Shown one piece after another: positions 35,947 through 49,675 of a DNA stretch of 64,000 nucleotides (position 1 is the stretch's first letter; the number at the start of each line of letters is the position of its first letter). Origin of the DNA: Stegostoma tigrinum (Eukaryota). The notes beneath the pieces were generated by a model. It saw only the letters and a list, made by a program, of their open reading frames with translations. It was not told the DNA's origin and did no database searches. Made by a program: the position numbers and the translations under genes. Location: contig NC_081391.1 of the NCBI RefSeq assembly GCF_030684315.1, positions 13,865,342-13,929,341 on the forward strand, written 5' to 3'.

Positions 35947-38900
35947 ATGGCCTCCCAGATCAGTCAGAACTATCACCAGGATTGTGAAGCTGCTGTCAAC
36001 AAGCAGATTAATGTGGAGCTCACTGCCTCCTATCTCTATCAGTCTTTGGTGAGTGGAGTCTCTGTTGGGTGAAACATACTTCTGTTCTGTTGAAGTAAAC
36101 TCTTCCCCTTGGATGTAATTAAGTTGTCTATCTTATAGACTGAGTTTTGTGGCTCCTACCCCTTTCTCAATGCAGGATGAGTGTGATGTTATTATAACAA
36201 TAGTTTGGTGCCTAATGTTACTGTAACTTGGGTCCCAGTTGGTTGTCAGTGAGATGTGGAGTGTTCTTGTAGTTACTTGCCTGTCCCATGATGGTGCTGT
36301 GACTGGTGGTAATTATCGCTTCCTGTGACTGTTTGAAACTTGAGGGAACTAATTTAAAAATGAATTGGGACTCACCATTGTGGGAATGGAAGCACCATCA
36401 GCTAGTCATTGCTTTTCTTTTCCCTCTTGTATCCTTGTTTCTATTTGAATCTTGTGGGGATCTGAAGTAAACCTGCCAATTGATACTGAGAATCTTGGTT
36501 TCCTATTGCAATCAGCTTAGAATAGGCTTGTTCTTGCCCTGCAGAGCGGGGCTGAGAGGTGGCAAATGGAGTTTAATGCAGACAAGTGTGAGCTGATGCA
36601 CTGTGTTAGGAGTAACCGGAAGGCAAAGTACAGGGCTAATGGTAAGATTCTTGGTCGTGTAGATGAGCATAGAGATCTGTGTCGATAGGTAGACACGGAT
36701 TGTTGAAAGTTGCCACCCAGGTTGACAGGGCAATTAAGGCAGTGTTTTGTCTTTTATTAAGAGGATTGAGTTCTGGAACCAAGAGGTTATGGTGAAGCTA
36801 TCCAAAAACTCTGGTGCATACAGTTCTGGTCACTGCATTATAAGGATGTGAAGCTTTGGAAAGGGTGTAGAGGAGATCTGCTAGGATGTTGCCTGGTATG
36901 GAAGGAACATCTTATGAGGAAAGGCTGAGGGACTTGAGGCTCTCTTCATTAGAGAGAAGAAGGTTGAGAGGTGACTTAATTGAAACATATAAAATAATCA
37001 GAGAGGGCTAGTTCGGGTGGATAGGGAGAGCCTTTTTCCTAGATGGTGATGGTGAGCATGAGGTGGGGTAGCTTTAAATTGAGGGCTGATAAATATAGGA
37101 CAGATGTCAGGGGTAGTTTCTTTACTCAGTAAGGGAATGCAATGCTTTGCCTGTGACAATAGTAGATTTGCCCACTTTAGGTACACTTAAGTCATCATTG
37201 GATAAGCAAATGGGCGTACATGGAATAGTGTAGGTTAGATGGGCTTGAGATCAGTATGACAAGTCGGCACAACATCAAGGGCTGAAGGGCCTGCACTTGG
37301 CTGTTATGTTCTATGCTCAGATTAAACTGGGTGAGGTTGTGACTCTTATCTGATTCAGCAGATCTCCATTTGAGATCTACCTTGCTTTTCTTCATACTCA
37401 TGAGGTGGGTGTGGGCTGTCTGTATGTCAAGTGTTGGAGCTTTTCAAAGGCACAGCACTGCCATGGGGCTGAGAATGTACTGACCCAGTGACTCTGGTAA
37501 AAAGTTTGTGCCCGTTGTATTTGGCCTGATTCTAAACTAACTGGACCCTCTTTCCCCAGGTGGGGTGCTTGTGCCCTTCCAAGGGGTAGAAGGTGTTTAC
37601 GTAACCTTGGTGTTTGTTGCAGGGTGCTCTCTGGGCTTGTCCCTGTCAGCAGGAAGTCCCCCTCCTGATGAGGATCAAGCCCCTGTCAGCCCCAGTTTGG
37701 GAGGGGGAACAGCTTTCATTGAGCCAGCAGTTGGGTTTTAATCACTGACCCATTGTCCCAACACACCTTGTAAGCATGTGCCAGGAATGAAATCCTTACT
37801 ATTCTACATCTTCTAACTGCACATTTAAATCGCAAAGATAAATTGTGCTTGTGTTTGCATTTGAGAATTGAAGCAACTTTTTTCAGCAGGATTTGTAAGA
37901 ATGTGCTTGTTACTGGCTGCTTCCAATAGCAGACCTGCTAAACCTCAATACATTGAATTGTGAACATCCTGGTTTAGAAATCTACAGGACTTTGCCTGTT
38001 GGATTAAGTCAACAGTGGTTTTTCCAGGTTAATGAGGGATCTTGTCTGGAGAGTAGTTGATCTGCAGATCACTGTCATATTTGTCATGTGATCAGTTTGT
38101 TTTGTCAGTCTTTGTTTCATGTGTAATGGTACAAGTTGCTAGCAGTCTGAGTCAGTGCAGCTGTTTTAGATGCAACAATAAACTGTTGCAGTAACAACCC
38201 AAAGGCTGTCCTTAGGCAGGCTTTCCTTGGCAGATTCTTGGAGCTAACATCCTTCATTCATCTCCTCCTCCCCCCCCCCCCCCAGCCACCCCAATACTGC
38301 AGTTCTTGTCAAACTAATACATACAGTGCATCCAATTGCATTGATCCTGACTCAGCAGAAAATGTGCTTCTTCCAAGCTGTTAATTGCAGTGTCTAGGAT
38401 CTGTTTTCTGGTCTTTGCCAAAGCAGCAATACAGTGCCCTGCAGCTGTTCTATTGGTGTACATCCTGCACTCCAGCCCCTGGCATTTCTTGAAACCCTAT
38501 TCAATCAAAGATTTATCCCATTTCTGGTGGAGGTTAATCAGTAAAAACATCAATTCACACTTATTCTCACCAAATGCTGTGCCAGACCCTGGAGTTTCAA
38601 ACCAAAATAAAACACATGGTATTTACAGCTTACTGGAGGAAGCTGGGATTGTTTTGATTTTTCCAATTCAACAGCAACTGTTCAAAACTGGGTTCTGAAT
38701 TGTTAATGCATCAGGTACTTAACAGCTTATTGTCAGTTTGATTTTGAGAATGCTCAACTAGCCCTGTAGTTCTGAACTGAAATTGGCCCATGACTTGTTA
38801 ATGGACTTTACCTTGTTCTCCCTTCCAGATGTCCTACTTTGACCGGGACGATGTTGCCCTTCCCCATTTTTCCCAGTTCTTCAAACATCAGTCTCAGGAG

Positions 38901-41097
38901 AAGCGGGAACATGCAGAGAAGCTGCTGAAATTCCAGAATCAGCGTGGAGGCCGAGTCTTCCTCCAGGATGTGAAGGTTGGAGTTGGGTGGGGTGGGGAAT
39001 GGGATGGTAATGGCTGCTCTTGTGGTGTGGTTTCAAGTCAGTGACAAGGTTTTCATTTGAGTCAAAACTTTGTTCAGCCTGTTTGATCTCCTTTTTGAAG
39101 CCAGTGTGGAAAGAAGCCCTTTGGCCCACCATGTCTATGCTGACCCCACAAACACTAACAACATTAATCCCACTTACCTGCCCTTGGTCCACAGGCCACT
39201 GTCCTGGCACTAAGTATTTGTCCAGCTGGACCCTAAACTGATCTGGAGTAGCTGTCTCCACCACCATCCAACCCTTTATGTGGTTCATCTCATATTTCAA
39301 ACAGCCCCTCAGAGGGGTGGGGGTGGGGTGAAGTTTCCTCCAATCCCCTCTAACCTGCTTACTCCTCAAACCTGGTTTCTCTCCTGTCTTGGTGTCTGCC
39401 ATGGGAAGACATTCCATCAACTGGCCACTCTCTATTCTTCAATTACATCAGGTCACTCCCTCAGCTGTTCCTGCTCCACAGAAAATCCCAGCCTATCTAA
39501 CCTCCAATCAATGGATCTTGGGCAACAGCCTGGGGAACCTCACCAGCTTCCCCCTGCAGTGCCATCCTGTCCAGGTGACTGGTGAGGCCAAAGAGGAATA
39601 ATGTGGTGACCAGAAAAACAAACTGAGGAGACTGGTCCCCTTCCTGTTCCACCACACCAAACTAAGAGGTTGCTTGCCCTCTGTCACTGTTACACCCTGT
39701 TGACCTTGTCTGAACTTTGAGGGATCTATGGTTGTGGGCCTTTCTTAACTGTTAGCAGCACAACACACTTTGCAAACACCTCGCTGTCCCTTTGATGAAT
39801 TAAATAGCTGTGATGTTTCTGATCATCCTGCTCAGGCATGTATGAAGCCACCAGCACAAGTGGTACTTGAACCTTGGCCTTGTCAGCCAGAGACAGGGGC
39901 ACTACCACTGTACCATGACAGCATTTAGGATTCACTCGTGAATATCCTCGCAATTCCATCAGATGGACCCTGATGCAAATCTTGTCATTATCCCCCACAA
40001 TGACCTGTTATTCACCTTCCTCCTTCAGATCAAGGACCGACAGGCAAGGTGAAAGCAATTCTGAAGGAACTGTTCTTCAGCTGTGCTCCAGGGCTGCCTC
40101 AGGGGCTAGCAGTGTTCTCAGTGCTAGGGACACAGGTCTGGATCTGGCCTCTGGTGAGGGACTGGTGTTGACATGTCCTCCCCATGTCTGCGTTGGTGTC
40201 CTCAGAGTATAAGAGGATTGGCCATCTGAAATGCAGGGTTACAGGAATAGGGTGGGAGAAGGACGAGTTGGGATCCTCTTCAGAGCAGTTACAGACTGAT
40301 CCACGTTGTAGAGATTCTGAAGCTTAACTGTCCTTCTTTTCCCTCCTCCAGAAGCCAGAGAGGGATGAGTGGGGTAACAGCCTGCAGGCAATGCAGGTTG
40401 CCCTGGATCTGGAGAAGAATGTGAACCAGAGTTTGTTGGATCTACACCAAGTCGCCACAGCCCAGACTGACCCTCATGTAAGCTTCACCTCCTCATTGAC
40501 TTCACTGCTAGGCCCTCAGGGCAACACGTTCATTGGTTGGTCTTTTGTGGATTAGAAATTCAGTTAGACTTTGTTTTTGTGCAGATGACATGGATCACTT
40601 CAGATCCATAGTGATTACAAAATCATTGCTGAGCAGTTGACTCCAAGTCTGTATTTTAACTTGTAAACCTGTGGGGAGGACTGAGGCGATATTGGTGACT
40701 GAATTCTCATTCAGGGCCACTGCAGTGGAATGACTTTTATCCATCACAAGTCAACTCTGCTCCAGTAAATAAACAGCAAGATGAAGCAGCTAAAAAGCAG
40801 TTGTCCTCTTTGCACAATTTCTCCAGGCGTTGGCTCTAGTCATCCCTGACAATCTCCCTCCATATGCATGTTTTTCAGTGGGGATTCTGACGTTTTCTTG
40901 GATAGTGTTAATGTACCAAGTGTCATATTCCTCTGTTGCAGCTGTGTGACTTCCTGGAGACCCACTATTTGGATGAGGAGGTGAGGATCATCAAGCAACT
41001 TGGGGACTACATCACCAACCTGAAGCGCCTGGGAGCCCCTGAGAATGGGATGGGAGAGTACCTGTTTGACAGGCTCTCCCTGGAGGACAGCAGTTAG
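35947..41097 (+). CDS. Ferritin subunit copy F, apparently intact; exons 35947-36048, 38829-38975, 40352-40477, 40942-41097
   Basis: Four in-frame exons with GT-AG introns; TATAAA at 35853; AATAAA at 41224-41229. Confidence 0.95.
36538..37314 (+). mobile_element. CR1 LINE 3' fragment in intron 1 of copy F
   Basis: Nucleotide similarity to 3545-4360 (GGGCTGAGAGGTGGCAAATGGAG...TGTTCTATG). Confidence 0.88.
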
Positions 41098-43621
41098 TGT
41101 GGCCTGGAGTACTGTCTGCTTGTCTGAATGCATTCCCCACTTCACCCTGGCCAATCTGTCTCTCTCCAGGGAGAAAGGACTTTGAGCAAAGAATGTAATG
41201 GCTGTACCAGCCGAATGGAAATGAATAAAATGATCTCTTGTTCTCAGTTACTGTGCATCATTTTGAGACCACTGATACCTCTTTGGTCAAGCAAGCTTTC
41301 TTGCCTCACTTCACCACTGCTTTTGCCCAAACCCCTGTGGACAGACTCCAGGCCTATGGGAGCCAGTTGGGGTTCAAATGGGGCCTGTGACCGACCCTGA
41401 TGACAACCATCAACTAGTGGCCCTGCTGACCAGTTCACTTTGTCACTGAAGTCTGCTGCTCCTCCCAGGGGACCTTGGGTTTTCTAAACTTTCTTGGTTC
41501 ACTGCATAGATTTGTTTTTCCCCCAGAAGGAATCCAAAATTCCTTCAAGTGGCTTCCTCAGTTTGTTGCTTTCTTTCCTCCGCCCAGGGCTCAGGCCCTC
41601 CCCATAACTGGAAGTCCACCAGCCCTGAGCTGGGGGAAATTCAGCCCAAACATTCTGAACAGTCACATTCCAGAGAATCATCTCCAGATTCTCTGGGGCT
41701 ACTTGATTGATAGTGGATGCTCTTTATACCATAAATACAAGGATTGGTGACCTGGGGCTTGGATGATTGCCCATGGTTCAAAATACTCACATTTGGTTTA
41801 TGCTTGCAGCTACAACTGGCCTCTGACTGTTGAAGGGTTTGTACAAAAAGCTTCTACCTTGGTTCTTGGAACCTTTCCATGGGCTGATGAAATTTTTTTT
41901 GACCCAGTGAGGGAGCAGGGATTTCTGGGGAAGATGGGGGCTGTCTCCTTCAGTCAAGATGCCTGGACATGCTGATTTTCCTGTACAGCTGTTTCCTTGA
42001 TCATTCAAGGTGTCTGATCATGGGTTAGGGAGGGGGTGATCAGAGACAGCCCGGAGATTATCTTGAGTTTTGGCACAAGTGCACACTGTAGCCTTAGGAA
42101 GAGTGTGGGTCATTAAGGTACTGAATAGATTTGTTCCATCACAAAAATCCTTGTTGTTTGGCCCAGTCTCTATCCTTGGTGATAGAATCCCTGCTCTCTG
42201 GCAAGAGGCCATTTGACCCAGGTAGCATCAACCTTCTGACCAGAATCCTGCTCAGTCCCACCCCAGTCCTTTAACCCTGTGTCTTCCCCATGGCTAATCC
42301 AGCTTGCCCCTTGTCAATATCACCAACTTAGCATTCCCTATCCACTTGACCAGCAAATAGTTCAGATGGTGGGTGGGAAACCAAACAGACACTGTAAATG
42401 TACAAACTCCCCAGGGTGCCCTAAGGCTGTAATAAATCCCATGTCGCTGTGAGGTAAGTGTTCGCTACTGAGACACTGTCTGACCCGAAAGTACCGAACA
42501 AAGGAATATGCTGTTGCATACTGTCAGAGTCCTACAGCAGAGATACAGGTTGTTTGGCTCAAACCGTCCAGGTCGAGCAGTGTTCCAAATCTGAACTAGT
42601 TGTGTTTGCCCCATATCCCTCAACCAGTCCTTTCCCTGGAAATCACCAAATGTCTTTTAACAACTGCAATTGCACCTACTTCTCGTGCTTTATGTAGCCA
42701 CTCATTCTTGACATAAACCATTTTCTGTGGGGCAAAGCTGTTCTTCAGCTTCCCTCCCTCTCCACCCCCCTTCCCCCCCCCCCAAACACCACATGCCTGT
42801 GTGTGAAAACATTACCCCTACCACCCCTAGTTTTGGACTCCACGACCCTGTCCCAGCATGCTTACTGTATGCAGTCAATCGTGAGTCTGCCAAGGGCAAG
42901 GCCACATTTAGTGCTCAGCAAGTGTTACACTTCAGGAGGTGGTGATGAGCTGGTCATTACAGTCCCCCTGGTGTAGGAGAGACCGGAATGATAATGCTGC
43001 CGAGGAAGGGCTTCTGGGATTTTCATTCGCAAACAGGAATATTTTCCCAAGTCAGGATGGTGACAGACTTAAATGGAGCTCCATTGCGTGTTGTTGGTGC
43101 TGCCTCCAGCCAGAACATTGAAAACTGTTCCAGCATTACTCACTCCGAACTTCAGTCTTATTGATGGTGGACCGGCTTTGGAAAGTTAGAAGTTGTGTAA
43201 TCACAACAGAATTCCCTGCCTCTGACTTCCCAATTTTTGAGTTGTTCACTCTACAGAATGCAATGAAAACTGTAACAGATACTGTCACCTTGGAAACATG
43301 CTGGCGTTAAGCGCTGATTCAACTTCAACAATGAAAAACCAAACATGGAGACAGAAATGTTCAACGTGCGATACGTTTCTAGCAGCACCTGAGACACAGA
43401 ACCCTGCGGCCTACTGTGTATAAGAGGCACTCAGCACATTTAGCATCTTGCTTTTCAAACTGGGCTTCATGCGACCCTAAGTCACGCTGATCACAGCAGA
43501 TTCAGAATGGATCTACAAAGGACATCGGTTGCCTGTATCAGACGATCCAAAAGCACGTTATTCTGTTGCTGCATAGAAATAGGAAAATGTTCATATCAAC
43601 CAAATCAGGGCATTTTACAAA

Positions 43622-45055
43622 GATGAGGATTGCAAATGTGGTTCCCCTGTGCAAGAAGGGGAGTAGAGACAACCCTGGTAATTGTAGACCAGTCAGCCTT
43701 ACCTCAGTTGTTGGGAAAGTGTTGAAAAAGGTTATAAGGGATAGGATTTATAATTATCTAGAAAAGAATAAATTGGTTAGGGATAGTCAGCACGGTTTTG
43801 TGAAGGGAAGGTCGTGCCTCACAAACCTTATTGAGTTCTTTCAGAAGGTGAGCAAACAGGTATTTGAGAGTAAACCGGTTGATGTGGTGCATATGGATTT
43901 CAGCAAGTCGTTCGATTAGGTTCGCCACAGTAGGCTATTGTACAAAATGCGGAGGAATGGAATTGTGGGAGATATAGCAGTTTGGATCGGAAATTGGCTT
44001 GCTGAAAGAAGACAGAGGGTGGTAGTTGATGGGAAATGTTCATCCTGGAGACCAGTTACTAGTGGTGTACTGCAAGGGTCGGTGTTGGGTCCACTGCTGT
44101 TTGTCATTTTTATAAATGACCTGGATGAGTTTGTAGAAGGATGGGTTAGTAAATTTGCAGACGACACTAAGGTCAGTGGAGTTGTGGACAGTGACGAAGG
44201 ATGCTGTAGGTCGCAGAGAGACATAGATAAGCTGCAGAGCTGGGCTGAGAAGTGGCAAATGGAGTTTAATGCAGACAGGTGTGAGGTGATGCACTTTTGT
44301 AGGAGTAACTGGAAGGCAAAGTACAGGGCTAATGGTAAGATTCTTGGTGGTGTAGATGAGCAGAGAGATCTCGGTGTCCATGTACACAGATCCTTGAAAG
44401 TTGCCACCCAGGTTGACAGGGTGGTTGAGAAGGCATACAATGTTTTGGCTTTTATTAATAGAGGGATTGAGTTCCAGAACCAAGAGGTTATGGCGAAGCT
44501 GTACAAAACTCTGGTTAGGCCGCACTTGGAGTATTGTGTACAGTTCTGGTCACCCCATTATAAGAAGGATGTAGAAGCTTTGGAAAGGGTGCAGAGGAGA
44601 TTTACTAGGATGTTGCCTGGTATGGAGGGAAGGTCTTAAGAGGAAATGCTGAGGGACTTGAGGCTGTTTTCATTCGAGAGAAGAAGGCTGAGAGGTGACT
44701 TAATTGAAACATATGAAATAATTAGAGGGTTGGATAAGGAGAGCCTTTTTCCTAGGATGGTGACAGCGAGCACGAGGGGGCATTGCTTTAAATTGAGGTG
44801 TGAACGATATAGGACAGATTTCAGAGGTAGTTTCTCTACTCAGAGTAGTGAGGGAATGGAACGCTTTGCCTGCAACGGTCGTAGATTCGCCAACTTTAGG
44901 TACATTTGAGTCGTCATTGGACGAGCATCTGGACGTACATGGAATAGTGTAGGTTAGATGGGCTTCATATCGGTATGACTGGTCGGCACAACATCGAGGG
45001 CCGAAGGGCCTGTACTGTGCTGTAATGTTCTATGTTTTATGTTCTATATTCTATG
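43622..45055 (+). mobile_element. CR1 LINE, 5'-truncated; duplicated copy of the 2885-4361 insertion
   Basis: RT motifs [22 protein letters not shown] and SKFADDTK; same flanks; (TTCTAT)n-like tail. Confidence 0.93.
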
Positions 45056-45231
45056 GCTCCAACACCAATGTTCAAAAGTTATGACGACTATTCCCTCAGA
45101 TTAACAATCCGACGAAATTGTGCAAATCTGTGATGACTGAGTCTTAACGCACAACCTCAGATACACAAGTGAAGGTTTAGAGTATATTTTATTGTCATTT
45201 TCTGGCAAATACATTTACAGAATGTGCACTT

Positions 45232-45428
45232 GTACAGGAGGTCAAAGCTCATTCAGCAATTCCATCATCGACCAGTTGTCAACTGTGTTTCGTTTCTGGA
45301 TCCAGTTCCCATCCTGCACTGATTGGACGTGGCAGCTGATCAACTGATCATCAAGAGTGATTGGCCATCACTGATGATGTCATTTCCTGCTTCATAAAAA
45401 GAGGGTCTGCCCCTGGGGTATAAATAGA
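45232..45428 (+). promoter_or_regulatory. Conserved ferritin promoter, copy G
   Basis: AGGTCAAAGCTCA at 45239-45251; TATAAA at 45419-45424. Confidence 0.72.
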
Positions 45429-45511
45429 GTCCCACGGGAATGATGTTGATTGTTCTTCCTAATTTTGTTATTTTGGTGGTGAGGAAAATAAAAGAAATTT
45501 ATTGTCACAAG

Positions 45512-48500
45512 ATGGCCTCCCAGATCAGTCAGAACTATCACCAGGATTGTGAAGCTGCTGTCAACAAGCAGATTAATGTGGAGCTCACTGCCTCCTATCT
45601 CTATCAGTCTTTGGTGAGTGCTGTCTCTCGGGGTTAAACATATAAATCTGTTCTGTTGAAGTAAATTCTTTGCCTGGCCTCTAGTGAAGCTGACAATCTA
45701 GTAGATTGAGGTTTTGTGGCTCCTACCTAAATATCAGTTCAGGATAGAGGTGGTGTTACTATCACGATGGTGTAGGATACTGATGTATGTTAACTCAGGT
45801 CCCAGTTGGCCTTCAGTGGTATCTGGAGGGTAAAAGCCTCTTGCTTTTGTTTTCTTTCTGACACAAGTTTCCTGACTTCATTTGCCTGATCTCTGTGGTG
45901 GTCCTAAACAAACATGCTGATTTTTTTTAACACTGACAATAACAATAGCTTCCCTGTTGCAGTGGCCCTTGTTAGTCTGAAAAAACCTGAGGCTAGTCTG
46001 TGACTGGTATCTATTTTATGTAGATCTCCTTCATTGAGGCTGACTTGGCTTTACTTGTATTTATTGAAGATGTGGGTGTGGCCTATCCCGTCCCTACTGA
46101 GAGTTGATCTGCCGTGTGTGAGAAATGTTGGATCCCCTCTCTGCCCCCTCTCCTCCCCACCCCACCCCACACTGGGGCTGCGGGAATGTGCTGAGGCTAT
46201 TAGCCCAGTGACATTGAAGAAATGGAGGTTGTTCCCATATCACTTAGCTTGACCTAAAACAAAATGTCCCCTCTATCCCGGTGGTGATGTGACTGTGCCC
46301 TTCCAAGGAGTAGAATGTGCTTGGAAGGTATGTGTTGAAGTAACCTTGGTGAGTGCTGCAGGGGACCTGGTAGGTAATGGACCCTGAAAGGAGGTGGTGA
46401 ATGCAGTCCCCATGAAGTGGGCTGCCCTGTCCTGGATGGTGTCTGCTTCTTGCATGTTGTAGTTCCCCTTCTACAGACACATGGGGAATATTCATCTCTC
46501 TCTGGGCTTGTGCCTATTGGAAGGAAGTTGTCTTGTAATGAGGACTAAGTCCCTATAAGCCTCACTTGGGAGGTGGGACTGCTTTATTGGTGAGCCAGTT
46601 GGTGGGGTTTTATCACTGTGTCCCAACTCTATTGGCACATGCTTCCCAAGGATAAAATCCCGACTATCTTCTGCCACAACTTGTAACTACCCACTGAAAC
46701 CACAGATATTTGCTTGCCTGACTGTGGTTTTTGGATTTGAGGATTAAAGTAACTTTTCAGGAGTCCTTCCCCAGAATGTAATTCTTAGCTGATGCTTCCA
46801 ATAGCGAGCATTAGCTCTTAAACCCTTACATCGAATTGTGAACATGACAGTTTAGATATGAGTCACATGGGCTGAAAACCTACAGGATTTTTTGCCTGTT
46901 TGGGTAAAGTCAGGGCAAGTGTTTTTCCAGGTTACTGTTTTCACTAGTGACGTTATCTACAGGCCACTAATAGTTGACATTTGATCATTTGTTTTGCAAT
47001 TTGTTTCAGTCATGTGACTTGGTGCAAGCTTTTGACAGCCTGAGTTTGCACTATTTAGGCAGAGCAATAACCCACTGCTGCAACGATCCAAAGGCTGTTA
47101 CTGGGCAGGCTTTCCTCGGCATTATCTTAGTGCCAAACTCCAAACTGGAGACAGCACACCTTTGTAGAGTTCATGTGTACACTTACATCACAATCTCATT
47201 GATCCTGGGTTTGCAGAAAACATGCTCCCTACTAGTCGTTGACTACAGCAGGGTTTCAACATCTTTTTTTCCAGTTTTCCCCAAAGGCAAAACATAGTAC
47301 CTTGCGTCTTGTAGTTGAGAACTGGAATGGGGAGTGAGCCAGTGATGTCTGATGTAATTTTAACTTGATCTTCCAGATGTCCTACTTTGACCGGGACGAC
47401 GTTGCCCTCGCCCATTTCTCCCGGTTCTTCAAAGATCAGTCCCAGGAGAAGCGAGAACATGTAGAAAAGCTGCTGAAATTCCAGAATCAGCGTGGAGGCC
47501 GAGTCCTCCTCCAGGATGTGAAGGTTGGGGTTGGGTGGTGGGGGAGTGCAGGGGGGAATGGCTGCTCTTGCGGTGTCATCTCCAGTGACAAGATTTTCAG
47601 ATCCTGAGCGAGTGTGTAAGTTCTTTTGCTTGGCTTCCCTGTTTGCTCTCCTCCATCTCCAGTGTTTCAGCATTTATGCAAGCCCTCTGGTCCACCAGGC
47701 CTATGCTGACCCAGCAAAGACCGAACTGTACTCACCCTGTTCTTGGTCCAGGCCCTACTATACCCTAGTGTTTAGCACCCGCCCAGCTAGTCCTTTAAAC
47801 AGTGCTGCAGTAGCCATTTCCAGCACTTTGTTCTTCCGTTCCCCAACACACCCACCAAATTTCCTCCAATCCCCTCTATCCTGCTTCCTCAAACCTGTGC
47901 CCTCTGGTCTTAGTGTCTGCCATGGGGAAGACATTTTCCCCATCTACTGTCCAGACTTCCTTGTCTTCCATCAAACAACCACCTCAGCCTCACCTGCTCA
48001 AAGGAAACCCCCCAGCCCATCCAATCTCTCTCCTCAATGGATTTTCTGTCTTGGGGAAACAACCTGGGGACCCTCACCAGCACCCCCTGCAGTACCATCC
48101 TGTCCTTCTGACTAGTGAGGACAACGATAGAATGCAGCAGAGGCCGGAAGAACAATTTTCATAAAATGTGTTCAAAGGACTTGTCCCTGTGCTGTTCCTC
48201 ACAACCCTGCCCCAAACTAACACATGTTACTTGGCCTATGTCCCCTTTCACACACAGTTTGCCTTGTGTGAGCATTGAGGGATCGATGATCCTGTGTTTA
48301 TTGTAAGCACATTACTGCCCCCCACAATGAATTCAAGTAATGATGGTTCTGACCATGCTGCTCGGGCATGTATGAGGCCACAAGCACAAGTGAGACTTGA
48401 ACCTCAGCCTTGTCAACCGAAGCTTGGGACACGACCGCTACTTCCCCCACAGCCCTTGGGATTCACTCCTGAATATCCTTTTTAAGACTCCAGCAGATGG

Positions 48501-49675
48501 ACACTGGTGCAAATGACTAATCTGGTACATATTTATTCCCTGTGGTACAAGGATACGTTCCTGAGCTTCCGGCTTCAGGTCAAGGATAAATGGGGCAAGG
48601 TGAAAGGAGTCACCAAGTAGCTAATGTTTTCTTTACCTGGACTTCAGGGATGGCACAGTGGCTCAGTGGTTGGCACTGTTGACTCAGTGCCAGGGGCACC
48701 AGTTTGGTTCTGGCCTGTGACAAGAATTTAAACGTTATCCCAAAGCATGGCTTCGCCACACAGGAGAAAAGAGGATTGGCAACTTGAAATGCAGGTTACA
48801 CGAACAGGGTGGGAATGGGACCAGATGGGATGCTCTTCAGCAGTTATGGTCTCAATGGGGTGAATGGCCAGCTCCCATGCTGCAGGGATTCTGTTTCTGA
48901 AGCTTACCTGTCCTTCTCTCCATCCCCAGAAGCCAGAGAGGGATGAGTGGGCTAACAGTCTGCAGGCAATGCAGGTTGCCCTGAATCTGGAGAAGAATGT
49001 GAACCAGAGTTTGCTGGATCTACACCAACTCGCCACAGCCCAGACTGACCCTCATGTAAGCTTCACCTCCTCATTCACATCACTGCTAGACCCTCAGGGT
49101 AACATTTCATTGGTTGGTCTGTGTGGATTGGAAATTCACTGATGTAACACTTTCCATCCATTACTTTCCTGAACTATTGTAACATTGTAATCAGTATGAT
49201 CCCAAGTGATCAATGAGGTATAAGGGGAATTTGATCTCTAATCTAGTGGAAGTGCTGAAATGACGTTGGCCACTGAGTTCTTCATTAGTATCATTGCAGT
49301 GGAATGATCATTGTCCATCACAATCCAACTCAGCTCCATTTCACAAACAGCAAGATGGAGCAGCTGACATGTTGTCCTCACTGGCACAAATTCTCCAGGT
49401 GTTAGCTCGCTTTTCAGGGCTGTCCAGAGCTAGTCATGGCTAAGTCTGTCTTGCAGAGGGAATTCTGAAATTGTCTTGGATAGTATAAATGTACCAAGTG
49501 TCATATTCCTCTGTTGCAGCTGTGTGACTTCCTGGAGACTCACTATTTGGATGAGGAGGTGGAGATCATCAAGCAACTCGGGGACTACATCACCAACCTG
49601 AAGCGCCTGGGAGCCCCTGAGAATGGGATGGGAGAGTACCTGTTTGACAGGCTCTCCCTGGAGGACAGCAGTTAG
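45512..49675 (+). CDS. Ferritin subunit copy G (recent duplicate of B), apparently intact; exons 45512-45613, 47377-47523, 48930-49055, 49520-49675
   Basis: Four in-frame exons with GT-AG introns; TATAAA at 45419; AATAAA at 49803-49808. Confidence 0.95.

Larger units (their letters stand above)
33650..38015 (+). repeat. Segmental duplication block 2a (recurs at ~59650-64000)
   Basis: Collinear spacer, promoter, exon 1 and intronic CR1; window end GGATTAAGTCAACAG matches 38001-38015. Confidence 0.9.
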